Assembly: GCF_009914755.1 (NCBI RefSeq)
Contig: NC_060929.1
DNA length: 64,000 nt
Strand: one strand, 5' to 3'
Source: the human T2T-CHM13v2.0 reference genome, Homo sapiens
Shown here: piece by piece, positions 43,740 to 59,599 of the stretch
Numbering within the stretch: position 1 is the stretch's first letter
Layout of the letters: every line of letters begins with the position of its first letter
Made by a program: the position numbers and the translations under genes
Notes under the pieces: model-generated
Told to the model about the DNA's origin: nothing
The model's input: only the letters and a program-made list of their open reading frames with translations
Databases searched by the model: none

Positions 43740-43885
43740 CTTAGGGCGTCAGATTTCCTGAGTTCCAATCTCTGGACAACTACCTACTTAGTTGGGTGTC
43801 TCTAAGGGAAGTTAGCAAACCTCCCTGCGCCTCAAGTTTCCTCACCTGTAAAATGGAGATAAAAAGGGGACCTATCTCATGAGGT
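43740..43885 (+). mobile_element. MIR
   Basis: GTTTCCTCACCTGTAAAATGGAGATAA..CCTATCTCAT. Confidence 0.75.
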
Positions 43886-44539
43886 ACCTGCAGCTATTGT
43901 AGTTAAAGCATAAGGTGGGGCATTGGACTAAGTGGCTGTCAAGGTCTTTTTCCACCTGGGGCTCTGTTGTTCTAAATCCCAGACGTCTAGTCTCAAGCTG
44001 GAGAATTACCTAAGAGAGGACATTTCACAGCTCTGGAAACCTGATCTGGAGATTAGAGGCCTGGAAAAGGCAACTGAGGAGAAAGGAGCAGTGGGGAGTT
44101 TCCAGGGCACCAAATGCAAATCTGAGTACAGGTGTGGATGCCATGTCTCTGCCAGCCAGCTCCTCAGGGCAGAGGACGCAGGAGGGCGGCAGCTTCTGAG
44201 CGGGATGAGGTCACAGCATCTTGAGGCCTGGGATACTGTCACCTCAGCCCCATTCATCTGCAGTTTTTTGCAGAACCATCCTTCCCATGTCTGCTGTTTG
44301 GGGATGATGGTGGGGGCAGGGGGGGATGATTATCTTTTTTTTTCACAGTATAACAGTGATTAAGTACCCTGTTTTGGAGTCAGACTTCCCTTAACCCAGC
44401 TGGGGAACCTCATTAGGCCTCCTCAGTTTCCTCCTCTGTAAATTGGGAATAATACCAGTCATGAGGATTGAGTGACATGATGCATGTCAAGAGCTCAGCC
44501 CATTTTCCCACATAAGAGAAGGCTCACTAAAATCTGAAG

Positions 44540-45420
44540 AGTGCCTACTGTGTGCCGAGGTGCAGCAGGAAGCATGGAGAGGCTTCCGTTCTGGTGGGGG
44601 TCGACCAGTAACACACATCTGGACAGAACCAACAAGGCCATTTCAGACAGTGATGTAGATCATGAAGAAAATAAGACACAGCCATGCGATGGAGAGTGTG
44701 ACGGAGTAGGGAGGGTGGTGGCCACTTCAGAGTGAGCAGTCGGTGGAGTAGGGGGGGCCTGTTGGAGGAGGTGACATTTGATCTAAACATCAGAAAGTAA
44801 CCAGCCATGCAAAAATGGCTTGTGGATAGACACTGGGGCAGTGACCAGCTATTGAGCTCCAATGTAAAGGATGTCAGGATGGCTGTGGCATGGTCAGTGA
44901 GGCAGAAAGTGGCAGAAGAGGATGCTGGCAGGGTAGGCAAGGGCCTTATAAGCCACAGGTGTTTGGATTTCATTCTGAGTGCAATAGGAGCGTCTTTGGA
45001 GAATTTTGAGCAGTGGGTGGGTAACATAGTCCTGATTTACATCTTTTAAAGATAATTTTGGCTACTGTGGGAGAGACCAACTTGGGGTGGGGTGAGCAAG
45101 TGTGGGAGTGGGAGGCCAGCTGGGCATCTGCTGGAAGTCTAGTAAGAGATGATTGTATGCACCAGTATGGTGGCAGCAGAGAGAGAGAGATGAGAATGGT
45201 ATTTTGGAGAGAGTGCAGACAAGACTGGCTGATGGATGGCATGTGAGGGCGAGGGAAGAGAGGAATACTTAAATTTTGCTCCTCAGCAGCTGGGTGAAGG
45301 GTTTGCCATTTACTGACCTAGGAGAGACTGAAGGAGAAACTGGTTTGGGTGGAAATAGAATTCCATTTGGATCTAAGGAGGAGATGCTGATAAACCACTC
45401 AGGTGGAGATATCAAGGAGG
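44540..45420 (-). mobile_element. L2
   Basis: GTGCCTACTGTGTGCC, GAGGAGGTGACATTTGA, TTTGGATTTCATTCTGAGTGCAAT, TGCCATTTACTGA motifs. Confidence 0.8.
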
Positions 45421-45799
45421 AAGGATTTGAAAGGGCTCCTTTGCAGGCATAGCCGAGGACAGAGTTAATGCATGGAAGGACACGGTTTGTTTTGCTCCGA
45501 GACAGCCTGTGTGCATTTCTAACTGCAGCTTATCCCTCTTCCAGCCCTAAGCTTCTGGATTAGCTTGAAGGGCCTCCCTCCCTCGCCCAACAGCTTGGAG
45601 TGACCCACATCCCTCCTTGAACCCTGGACGGGCTCAAGGCTGCCCAAAATGCTCCTCTGCAGGACTCCTATTGGCGCATAGGTGGAGCTTCCAGCCCTGG
45701 TGTGTCTGGGATCAGAGCCTGGGATAACCTAGACCAGCCAGCCTTAAAGAACATTGACAGTGTGCCAGGCACTGTGTTACAATGCTTTAAACCTCACGT

Positions 45800-46570
<771 letters not shown>

Positions 46571-47224
46571 TTACTTTACAAGTATGATCTTATCATTCCC
46601 ATTTTACAGATAAAAGAGCTAAGGCCCAGAGAGGTTGAGTGTCTTGGCCAGGGCCACACAGCTGGTTAAGGGACCAAGCCCAAATTAATGCACATCTTTC
46701 TCATTCCAAAGTCAGCGTTCAGAACAGTCCACCATTGCCTCCAAAGTAGCCCCATCAGCTAAACCTACAACTGATTTGAATAGAGTCCGCACCACAAAAA
46801 AATCATATTTTGTCTGAAAAAATTAATCCAGCATTTGCATTTCTAGTCTCTAACACGCCCTTGTTTTTTTGTTTTGTTTAGTTCTGTTTTTATAATACAA
46901 GAATGTTCCCCTTTCCAGTTAAATGACTTGACTTTATTATGGCAAATCTTGGGGGTAAAATGGAGTTCTGAAAAGAGGCACCATGCCTCCTGTGTATGCC
47001 TCTGAGTATGTCTTGCCACTCCAGGTATGTGATCAGAGATAGAGAAGCATGGCCTCAGCTTAGTTGATTCCCGTGCTGCCTGTGAGCAGCCAGTCCACTG
47101 AGCAAACGAGAAGGCTGAGGCCTAGGGCCATGGGGTGGCCTGATTATAATCACATAGCTCCAGCCAATGGAGTTCTAGTTCACGTTCTTCCCCTGTTGCA
47201 ACCTTGGTATGGCTCAGATGACCA

Positions 47225-47420
47225 GCAGACTTTGGTCCAATTCCGACTACCCCTAACTTAGCTGAGTGATTTTGAGCACATTGCTTACCATCCCTGGGAC
47301 TCAGTTTCCTCATCTGTAGAGTGGACTGGACAGTCTGTCTACCTGCCTTTATGTGGTTGTTGGACAGTATAAACAAGATGTCCATAATGTGCTTGGCACA
47401 AAAGAGAGGCTCAGCAAAGG
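47225..47420 (+). mobile_element. MIR
   Basis: CTCAGTTTCCTCATCTGTA..GTGCTTGGCACA. Confidence 0.7.
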
Positions 47421-48113
47421 GCAGTGATTCTTATGGGCCAAATATTACCAAGCTCTCAGAGGTCCCTAGCCCCCAAGCAGGGGCTGGGTGCTGAGGAAGG
47501 CAGAGACCTCCTTGCTGCCTGAGAGGTGAGATAGGACATTTGCTAAGCTCCCACCAAGAGCCAAGTGTGACCTGGTGGTCCAAACTCAGCCACAGTGGAG
47601 ACCTCACTAGATGGACTGTGAAGGGTGGAGAATGGGGGACAGATTCCTCACCTCTCATCCCTGTCTGTCTGTCCCTTCCTCAGAATCCCAGAACAAGAAG
47701 TGGTGGCTTTATTTCACACACCTCTATATTTAATAAGCAGGACCATGACGAGGTTTGGTGACCTCAGGGCCCAAATGGACTGTCTGCTGGCATAAGTGGT
47801 GCTTGAGTCATTTCCCAGGGATGAGCACTGGGCAGGCTTCCAGGAGCTGAATTTACCCTCTGATTCTCTGCTCTCCTCTTCTCCTCCCCACCCCTAAGCT
47901 CCATTTTAGAGTTTCCAGCTTCTTTGGCTTCAGGAGGCATGGACCAAGATAGAAAGTAAAATAGTTATTCATTCACCAGGGCTCTCACGCCCTTCCCTGA
48001 GCAAAGGCTTAGGCTCGATTGAAGGGAGACCCTGGAAGCCCGAGACACTGAACCAGGCCCTGAGGCTCCTGCTGATATGTATGTGCACTGGGGACACAGG
48101 CTCAGTGACCTAA

Positions 48114-48532
<419 letters not shown>

Positions 48533-48964
48533 GGAATTGGGTTTTGAGGAATGAGTTGCAGCATGTATATGATAAAAATAAAAACCTTCAAAGAGTAAAG
48601 AAGGACATAAAATAGAAAGTAAATATTCTCTGACCTCTCCCATGCCTAACCAACTCCTTATTCCTATTTCCTCCAACTCCTACTATTCTTGTGTGTCCTT
48701 CTTGCAATAATCTATGGATATATGAAGTGTACCTATCTATGCATCATAAAAAAAGTGTAAACAGGATCATGTAACGTTAACATCCCCTTCCACCTAACAG
48801 CCCATCTTGGCAGTCTTCCCATAGCAGTGCACGAGGGGAGGGATGGCTTTTGACCAGTGGTGCGAAAACATTGGTGGTCATTGCAGGTCGCTAGAAAGAT
48901 ATCACCAAGAACTCAGAGATGAGAAAAACTACAGTGCGTATGGGGAGCTTTGATAGGAGTGAGG

Positions 48965-49170
48965 CAGGCAGTATTGCCAAGCAATTACGAGCCTGGTCTT
49001 TGGATTTGGAAGATCTGGGGTTGAATCCCAGTTTCAGCACTCTCTAGCTGTGTGACCCTGGGCAAATTTCTTCACTTCAATTTCCCCATGTCTTAAATGG
49101 CTAACAATACCTCCCTTTGGGACTGTTAGGCACTTTTGGTGAGAGCACTTACAACTCACAGAGGCACCTG
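48965..49170 (+). mobile_element. MIR
   Basis: GGGTTGAATCCCAG..CTAGCTGTGTGACCCTGGGCAAATT. Confidence 0.75.
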
Positions 49171-49689
49171 GTAAACAGCCTCCGCTGTTTTTGCTGCTGT
49201 TGTCATGTGACAGATGGGGCAGGGGGAGCTGAGTCCCAACAGGTGGGGCCAGGTGCATGTTGGGTGTTTCAGGAGTGACATTTGGAGAGAAGAGGGCCAA
49301 CCGATTGATCTGAAGCTCAAAATAGCCTGGAAGTGCAAGAACAACAATAAATAAATGGGTTCTGGATGCTTTTAAATCTTGGCATTTCCTGATCTCAGCT
49401 CAGCTGGTCCAGACAGCTTCATCAGCATTTACTGCTGAGGCGGCGGCACACGCCTCCCTTGGCCATGACCCAAAGCTGCTTTCAAGAAAATCAGATCTAG
49501 AAACGTTTGGATCTCTGGTGCCAGGCCTATGGGTCATGGACATATGGCGTGGATCAGGTAGTGTCAGGGTTTGTCCCATGTGTATGGGGAATGAAGACCT
49601 AGGGGATGAGGAGAGAGAGAGCAGGACCTTGTAGGACGAGTGGGTGATATGGGCACAAGGGAATGGCCAGGCTCCTAATCCCCTCTCCA

Positions 49690-50270
49690 AGTGTTTATTG
49701 AGCACTTACTATGTGCCAGGTGCCAGGGATACAGTAGTGAGCATTAATAAAATACTCATGCATATAAATGTTTAATAATAAATGCTTAATTTCCCAGTGT
49801 GCTCAGCTCCAGAAGCCTCTGTACCTTCAGAAGGCCATGAGAGCGTGCAGAAAGGCTCCTTATATGATCTGCAAGCTCAAAAAAAAGTTTCCTCCAGGAA
49901 GTAGAGTGAAGGATGAATAGGAGATAAGTAGGCAAAGCCTTTATGTGTGGGAAGCGTGTTCCGGAAGAGGGAACAGCATGCGCAGAGGCTATGTCAGGGG
50001 ACAGATCCTGTCAAGTGCCAGGGGTGGAAAGAAGCCAGCAGGACTCAGAGTGGCAGTAGGGAGTGGGTGCTGGTGTGAAATGATGTGGGACAGGGAGGCA
50101 GGAGACACACCGTGCAGGACCTTACAGGCCACAGAAAGAGTTTCAGTCTTTACCTGGGAGGAATCAGAGGGAGCCAGTGGGGTCAGGTCTGTGTCTTGAG
50201 AAGATAGCTGTGGCTGCTCTGTGTCTAGCCGCCTGGTGGGGGCTGGAGTAGAGGCAGGAGGCTATGGCTG
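49690..50270 (-). mobile_element. L2
   Basis: TTTATTGAGCACTTACTATGTGCCAGG start; TTCCGGAAGAGGGAACAGCATGCGCAGAGGC. Confidence 0.75.
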
Positions 50271-51294
50271 CCATTGACGTGTGAGTTGGTGGTGTGAACT
50301 GGGTCTGTCTCAGAGCATGAAGGGTTAACTCAGTGATTGGGTGTGAGGAAGCTACAGGAAGGCCCAGCAACCCAGAGAGGCTGCAGCTGTAGTTGCTTAA
50401 GGACTCTTGTGTAGTAATCTCACTGATGGCCATTGTCTTTTGAGTATCTACTTTGCACTAGACACTATGTGAAGCCCTTCTCGTTAATCCTCATAAGAAC
50501 CCTAAGCAGGTGGGTGTACCCTATTTTACTGAGACCCGGAGAAGTTAAATCATTTGGCCAAGATTACACAGCTCAGCACCGCCCCGTCCCTGACCCCCGA
50601 GCTCCTCTGGTTGACGGTCCTCTGGATAAGTGTTCTCCAGTTCACTTTGACCCTTCTCAGGACTTGGCCCAAGGCCCCAGCTTCTGTCTGGTTGCTCCAG
50701 TGACCCTCAGTGTAGTGTCTGCCCTGACCTCAGGAACCAGTTCAGAGCTGGTCTGGAAGAGCATTGTCCTACACGGTCTGAAAGGACACAGCCATGTGGC
50801 CCTCGCTCCTCCGTCCCTCCTGGCTTGCTGGCTTCTGGCAGCACTCAATTTGCGACGTGAGCTGAACCGGTTGTGTCTCTGGGCTTTGCATGTTGCCTGC
50901 CTCCCGGGATTCAGATGGTCTCTGCTGCTTGTTTTTATTTTTCTTCTTGACTTCCTCTCCTCTCCTCCTTTCCCTCTGCTCCCACCCTGTCCCCATCTGT
51001 TGTGGCCCCATGGGGGTCTTTTCCTCCCCTCCCAGATGTGCAGGCAGGATTTGGGATGGAGGCAGAAGCCTCCTTCCTTCTGGCTTCTCGAGAAGGAAGG
51101 AAGCTAACAGTTTGGACAGCTGTTACCTGCCGGGCTCTGGGCTAGGCTTTTGGCATACGTGATCACACAGAGCCCTCATGACACTTCTGTGAGGCATACA
51201 CAGCTTTATCTCTACAGATGGGGCAGCTGGGGCTGGGAGGACTCAGGTGTTGCATCCATGGTCACATGATAAGGATCTGACTCGATTTAAAATT

Positions 51295-51455
51295 TTTGGC
51301 TTCCCAAACTTAAATGTGCCTATGAATCACCTGAGTATTTTGTTAAAATGCAGATTCTGATTCAGGAGGTCTGGGATGAGTGTGAAGGGCTGCGGTATTT
51401 AATAAGCTCCAGGAGAGGCTGATGCTGCTAGTTCATGGACCACAACATGAGTAGC
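51295..51455. mobile_element. MER5A
   Basis: GAATCACCTG..TTGTTAAAATGCAGATTCTGATTCAG..GCTGATGCTGCT..GGACCACA..TGAGTAGCA. Confidence 0.85.
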
Positions 51456-52924
51456 ATAGGGAGGAGCCAGCAGAGCTCCCACTTGCCACTTAAGGGATTC
51501 TCCCACTTGAGGGTTCACCAGCCCTCAATCCACACCACCTCCACCCCCTCCACTGTCTTTCCTCCTTTTTAGGAATTGCTGATGGGGCACCTGACACTTT
51601 TCCACCCTGCCCACGTGCTGACCCTGCATGTCTCAGGGCCCTGGTTGTCTGCTCTCTGAGGTTGACCAGTGCTGGAATATGGGGGACTGAGGCTCAGAGA
51701 AGTAGAGGGACTTGTCCCAAATCTCATACTATTAGCACAGAGGATTCAGGTTGTGACTCCCCATCCAGTGTTCTCTACTATTGCTTCCACTAGGACTCAG
51801 AGGTCTTGAGATTCTAGTCCTGGTCCTGTCTTTGACTTGCTCTGTGACTTTAGGCAGCTCACTTTCCCTCTCTGAACCTCAGCTTTCCTGTTTGAAAAAT
51901 GGCTTAACCTCTGCCCTGTTGTGAGTGTCAAATGGGAGAATATCTAATTTACAGCATAAAGGATTTTTATGAGCCCTGAGACCCACCAGTCCTAGTAGAG
52001 TGGGAGAAACCTAGTAGGGCAGGAAAGTGGGTTCTCGTGGTACTTACATGTGCGTATGGCAGGGGCTTCATTTGACAAAACACCTCCTTGTTCTGTCATT
52101 GAGAGAGTTCCTCGCCTCCTGCCTGTTTCTCTTAGTCCTGGGTGGCAATCAAGCATCTGATTTTCCCCCTTTCCTAGTTCAGGTGCCTGTTATTCTGTCA
52201 TTAGCACACAGTAAGGAGGCCCAGGGGTGGGGAGCCTGCTGCAGTGCCACCCCCACCCCAGGACACATCCCTATTACTTGAGAAGAAGGGAGTGTGGAAA
52301 CGTGTGATTCAGTTGACACAGATTCATTGTACTCGCCCAGTTCTTCGCTCTGGAACGCACTTCTACATAAGGCAGGCTCAGCTGTGGCTTAGGAGGCCAG
52401 CCAGAGCCTCGAGTCTGCAGGACCTGAGCGAGTGGTGGTCTGCTCAGCAGGCCTCCTTGGCTTCCCTTGGCCTCTGGCCCTCACTGACCACATGACCAAG
52501 GAGAGCCTGCTGGGGCCAAAGAGAACCTCTTTCCCACCAGCTTTATCTGGGAGCCTGTGGGTCTGCGTTTCTCATCATCTGACCCACTGGAAAAGGAAAG
52601 GCAGGAGTTTCCATAAGGGAATAAATGGATGCGGAAGGAAACCACCCCTCAACCCCCGGTAAAGGGGGGTTAGTGTGAGAGAGACTGCAGCCTTCACGAT
52701 AGTGTGAGGCAGAGATGCCAAAACTGTCCTGGGAAATAGTGCCTCTGCGCCTCCACCCCACACCCTCCCGTCCTGCAAAGGTTTAGTAAGCACCTACTCA
52801 GTGCTTGGCACCTTTCCAGGTGCTGGACTCAGCAAAGGACAAGGCCAGGTGCTTGGACAGTTTATATTCTGGAGAGGAGACGGATGGTCCCTGGTTCCAT
52901 GCTATGCTTAAAACACAGTGATGC

Positions 52925-53222
52925 GGCCGGGTGCGGTGGCTCACACCTATAATCCCAGCACTTTGCGAGGCTGAGGTGGGTAGATCACTTGAGGTCAGGA
53001 GCTTGAAACCAGCCTGGCCAACATGGCGAAACCCCATCTCTACCAAAAATACAAAAATTAGCCAGGTGGTGGAGCATGCCTGTAGTCCCAGCTACTCGGG
53101 ACGCTGAAGCAGGAGAATCGCTTGAACCCAGGAGACAGATTGCAGTGAGGTGAGCTCACACCGCTGCACTCCAGCTGGGGCGACAGAGTGAGACGCTGTC
53201 TCAAAAAAACAAAAACAAAAAC
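52925..53222 (+). mobile_element. Alu (AluS-type)
   Basis: Sense dimer; TSD CACAGTGATG. Confidence 0.95.
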
Positions 53223-53874
53223 CCACAGTGATGTAATCCCCGTGAGTGGAAGGATTGGAGTGTTGGGGAAGGCCTCTCTCACTGCGACTGAACAGTGGGA
53301 AGGTGGCCCCAGGACCTGGGGGAGGTGTCCCAGGTGGACAGCCCCAGACAGAGGGTTGTGTTCCATGGGAAGGAAGAAGGCCACCATGCCTACTGTATAG
53401 GGAGGGTGGGAGAGTCCAGGAGGTGGTGAGAAAGCAGGCAGGCTCCAGCTGCACTCGGCCCCTGAGGACTCCGGGTTTTAGTCAAGGGCAATGAGAAGTC
53501 AGGGGAGGGTTTTCAGCAGGAGAGTGAGCGATGAGCCCTGGTATCCGCTCTGCCTCCAGCTCGCTGGGCATGGTGGGCAAGCCCTGCCCCTCTTGATGGG
53601 AGCTTCCTCCTTCGTGATGTTGCCTGGGCTTCTGGAACCCAGGAAGACTCTCAAAGGTACTAACAGGTGTGGAGAACTTTCCCCTCCCCATTCTTTCAAA
53701 GTCACATAGATAACATGGGGAATGCCCACTTTGCTGGATTCTCACAGGCTGCTCAGACACCCTGAGTGGTAAATACCATGGACTTGGGGAGTGGTTTCTT
53801 AGTCTGGGGTTTGGGTCAAATTAACTATCATAGGGTCCTTAAATAGCCTACAAAGTAGTGTATATGGAAAATAG

Positions 53875-54291
<417 letters not shown>

Positions 54292-54535
54292 TAATGTTAA
54301 ATTCACTCTGGTTAAATAGGAATATGATGGGTTGCCACTATATGACTTTTGGTTAATAAACATGGGAAACCTAATTAACTCTTTCATAATTCCTCCCATT
54401 TCAAAGCCCAGGGCCATGGTGGAGCTGTGGGGGTTCCCCAGGGAGCCCAGTGTGGGAACCACAGGACCAGATGGGCTGTGAGGCCCCTCCAGCTCCCACG
54501 CTGTGCAGCAGCAGGGGCAGCTGTGGGCCGAGCAC

Positions 54536-54546
54536 TGCTGAGTCAT
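54536..54546 (-). promoter_or_regulatory. ARE/NF-E2 (NRF2/BACH-sMAF) motif with embedded AP-1 site
   Basis: TGCTGAGTCAT, i.e. ATGACTCAGCA on the minus strand. Confidence 0.5.
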
Positions 54547-54996
54547 CTCTCCCTCGGCCTGGTCATGTGTTGGCTGACAAGCCCAGGCTGGTGTGGAGTC
54601 CTGGCCTGGGTTATTGGGGAACTGACTTCAGCTCTGGCCTGCCGAGGCCCCCAGCCTACTGGGAAGGGGGAATCGCCAGCTACCTACTGCCTGTCCACCC
54701 ACCTGAGGGTCCCCTGTCTGTTCATAAACCCCAGGAGCCGGCCACCTGAGAGGGCTGCATATCCTGGGTGTGTGAGTGCTGCCTGGGGGCTCTGGCATGA
54801 CAGCAAGGCGGCAGTCAGCTCCAGGCAGCACTGGGCTGAAGGTGTGCACTGGCATCTTGCTGCCCTGTTGAGCATGACATTTCCTTAAATGCCATGAAGG
54901 GGCTGCCTGACCTTCACTCTCTTGCCAGGACCCCCTTTCTACCTCTTTCTGGGTTATTTATAACAGTGTTTACAAGAAAAAGGGCTTCTCAGCTGA

Positions 54997-55432
<436 letters not shown>

Positions 55433-55481
55433 AACTTTTTAAAAAAAATTGTGGTAAAATGTACCTAACATAAAATTTACC

Positions 55482-55705
55482 CTTTTTTTTTTTCCTTTTT
55501 GAGACAGGGTCTTGCTCTGTCATCTAGGCTAGAGTAGTGCAGTGGTACCATCACAGCTCACTGCAGCCTCAACTTCCTGGGGTCAGGTGATCCTTCCACC
55601 TCAGACTCCAGAGTAGTTGGGACAATAGGCATACGCTACTGTGCCTGGCCAATTTTTGTATTTTTTTTTTTTTTAGAGACAGGGTTTTGCCACGTTGCTC
55701 AGACT
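55482..55705 (-). mobile_element. AluJ, 5' truncated, inserted in an L1M 3' end (~55435-55800)
   Basis: TSD AAAAT..TTACC(C/A)TTT; flanking antisense L1M tail (TGTGGTAAAAT, AGTGGCATTAAGT..ATTCAC). Confidence 0.8.
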
Positions 55706-56419
55706 AAAATTTACCATTTATAAAGTACAAAACAGTGGCATTAAGTCCATTCACCATGTCATAAAACTATCAGCAGTCCAGCACTTTTCTGTCCTCCCAA
55801 AGTCAGGTACTTTGTCATCCTCCTGACACAGGAGGATGGCTGGCATGTCCCTAGGCACATCTGAATTTTGAGGAAATCCCACACAACATGGCAAGGAAAG
55901 GAAGCACCTGCCAGCTCATGAGCAGGGTGTCAGTGGTCGCCCCTTCAGCCGTGTGACATGAGCAACAGTCACCCTTTGCTTTCCTTCCGACTCAGGACCA
56001 GGGTCAGAATTCCAGCGAGTAGACTGCCAGAGGACATCCTGATTGCAGGAAGAACCAGGAATCTGCTCCAGTCTCTTTCTTTTCTTAAGCAAAATCGATG
56101 CATTTCACTAACTTCACTCCTTTCATTAGAAATAGGGCACGTGTTTTGTAACTCACCTCAAAGCTGAATGCCACCCCCCATCCTGGCAGGCCATTCACCA
56201 TCTTTGAGAAGAATTTAATAACAGTTCCTGGAGAGTTTCTTATAAGCATTTTACAGTTTTCCTAAATACCTCATGAGGGCTGGAGCAATTCCACAGCAAC
56301 TAGGAGGTTATGGGCCCCATTGCAGAGATGTTGAAACTGAGGCCCCACTAAATGGCGTGACCCGAGACATGGTCCCATTTTAGTCACCTGCATGAACAGT
56401 AACTTTCTCCATCTAATCC

Positions 56420-56790
56420 CGCCCAGGTGAGGGCTAAGGTAAGGCAAAGGAGGCACTTGGCTCTGGCACAAAATTTAAGGAGATGCTAAAAAACTCAGTC
56501 GTCAAGATCAATCCTATTTATATCAGTGTTTAAAAAATAATTGATATAAATATCCATGCTGAACAAAATATCCAATTTTAAAACAAAGGCAGAAACAGCA
56601 ACGGGGCCATGCGTAGCCCTACAGGAACCGAGGCAAGAGGGAAAAAATTGGCACCACTGACCTCACCTTTACTTAGAATTTTGGTATTTTGTTAATCTTG
56701 GGTGGATATTTTGCATTAATTTTAAAATTGCATTAAAATATGATCTACCTTGATGACTGAGTATTTTGATGTGTAAGGCACCCTAATTCC
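56420..56790. mobile_element. hAT-Tip100-type DNA element (Arthur/Zaphod-like)
   Basis: GGCACAAAATTTAAGG..AAAAAACTCAGT..TCAAGAT and TGATGACTGAGTATTTTG, an inverted subterminal pattern. Confidence 0.5.
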
Positions 56791-57482
56791 AGCCCCAGCT
56801 CCACCTCCCAATTTCTGTGAACTACTGGAACAGCTGACCCCTGCCTTCAGGTCCCCAGGCCCTGGGGTCCTTGGATGCCAGGGCCTTTCACTCCTGAGAG
56901 TCAAGAGAGCAGCTGAGGATGGCATTTGATCCCTGCAGTCTATTTTTGTGCCTGCCCTTCAGCAACTGATAAAATGTTGCTCTCGGTAGAGCTGATGTGT
57001 TGAAATGGTGAGTGTTGATGTCAGGTGGTTTGTGTGATCATGTATCTTCATTCTTGACCTTGTAGAGGGGCCTGGAACCAGGAAAGAAACAGAACTCTCA
57101 GCGTTTTTGCCCCCCACAGACTTTGACAAAACCTGAAATTGTTATCTGGTGACTGAGGCTGCCAGGAAGCTTGGTCTTGTCTTGGGGCTGTGTGGAAAAA
57201 ATGCACATGTTGCGCTCTCTTGTTTTTGTACACGGTCCTATACCCTTTACAAGACACTCATTTTGTTTCTTGAACGCATGTTTATTGAGCACCTACTATG
57301 TGCCAGGCATTATGCTGGGCATTTGGGATACAGTGGGCAACAAGGCAAACCCAGACACAGCCCCTGCTCACATGGAGCTGCCAGTTGTGGGAGGCAGCAG
57401 TAAACAAGTAGATAAATTAGTAATGGGGGTAGTTCTGGAGATGGATGGTGGTGATGGCTGCATAGCAATGTGGGTGTACTTA

Positions 57483-58186
<704 letters not shown>

Positions 58187-59599
58187 ATTAATCAATTTCA
58201 TGTTATTTATATTTTACCACAATTTAAAAACATACTGATAAAAGGAGGCAGGGGATAGCAGAGAATGATAAGTGCTAATCGAGGGAATTCCAGCAGGGTG
58301 CTAGGTAGGCCAGAGACGGGATGGCCATTTGGGGTGCAGTGGTCAGGGAGGCCCATCTGGGGAGGGACGTTCAACCTGGGATGAGGATAGAAAGAAGGAA
58401 GCCGCTATGGGAGATGAAGGAGAGAGAAGGCGTTCCAGGCTGAGGAAGGCTCCAGCACAGAGGCCCCGGGGTGGACACTCAAGCCACACAACTGTTCCAG
58501 GAGGGAGGCTGGTCTTGAGAGATGCGGAGAGGGCAAGCAACTCCCTGTAACTAGCAAGTTATGAGCCAGGGCCAGCCCTGCCTCAACAAAGCCTAACAAC
58601 ATGTACCTGTACATCATTTTACAGTTTAGCAAGTGCTTTCCTGCCACTCTCCTTTGAATTCAAGAGGCCCTTGAGTTCAAGTGCATAAAATTGACTGTGA
58701 GTGCAGGCAGACACAATGTGTATATTACCCTGCCTTAAAACACCTTGCGCAGAATATACTTCAACCTTATTGTTTACAAACAAAATGAAACACTGCCTTC
58801 CTGGGCCTGGGGCAGGCTTGTACCTGCTGATAGGCCACCCTCCTGACAGGTGCCAGGATCCATGCTGCCGAAGGTGGGGTGGGGGGCCTAGCTGACCTCG
58901 GTGCTGGAGGAGGGGAGTCTGGGCTCTGCACAGCCACCTGCCAGGCCATCCAGGAGCTGCCTCACCCCAGGTCATCTCACCCCGACACAGCAACGAGAGA
59001 CTTTGCAGATCTTCAGTGGATAAGGGGCTGCTTGCAGGCAATAGGAGTGGGTAAGGAGATGACTGTAAGATAACACCTACCCAGGAGACTGCCTGTTCTC
59101 TCTTTCCCTTATCATTTAAAGAGAGATGGATCTAATGTAGAACTTTTGGTGGATGGGCCACAGATGTTGAGAAAGTGGCCTGTCTGGAAACTGGTCTGGA
59201 CAGGTCACACGGGAGATCCCGGTTTGTGTTCCGGCCCTGGGAGGAGCTGGCTGTGTGGATCTCGGGTGACTCCCTCTTCCCGCTTTCTCAGCCTCAATGT
59301 CTTAATTTGCAAATTGAGAGATTCATTCACAAAAAGTGTTACTCCAGACCCTTCCGGTACACAAAACCTTGGTTCTGTGTTATGGTAGTCCATCATAAGA
59401 CTTTATTTCCTGTGTCATGGGGGCCAGAGCCTGTGTGCAGTAGTCACCTTCTTATCTAATGAGAGTGGAAACTACGGCTGGGAGGTGCAGGGAGGCTGCA
59501 GAGGGGAATTCCTAGGAAAAAGTCAGATAAAGCGCAAAATTGTGAAACACATGCCTACGTTGTCTTTTAGCGAAGCCATATGACATGTATATTCATTTT

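Noticed and set aside
50433-51107. 224-aa ORF with a hydrophobic stretch
   Set aside because: It starts in MIR sequence at a non-ATG codon, and the hydrophobicity comes from a pyrimidine tract
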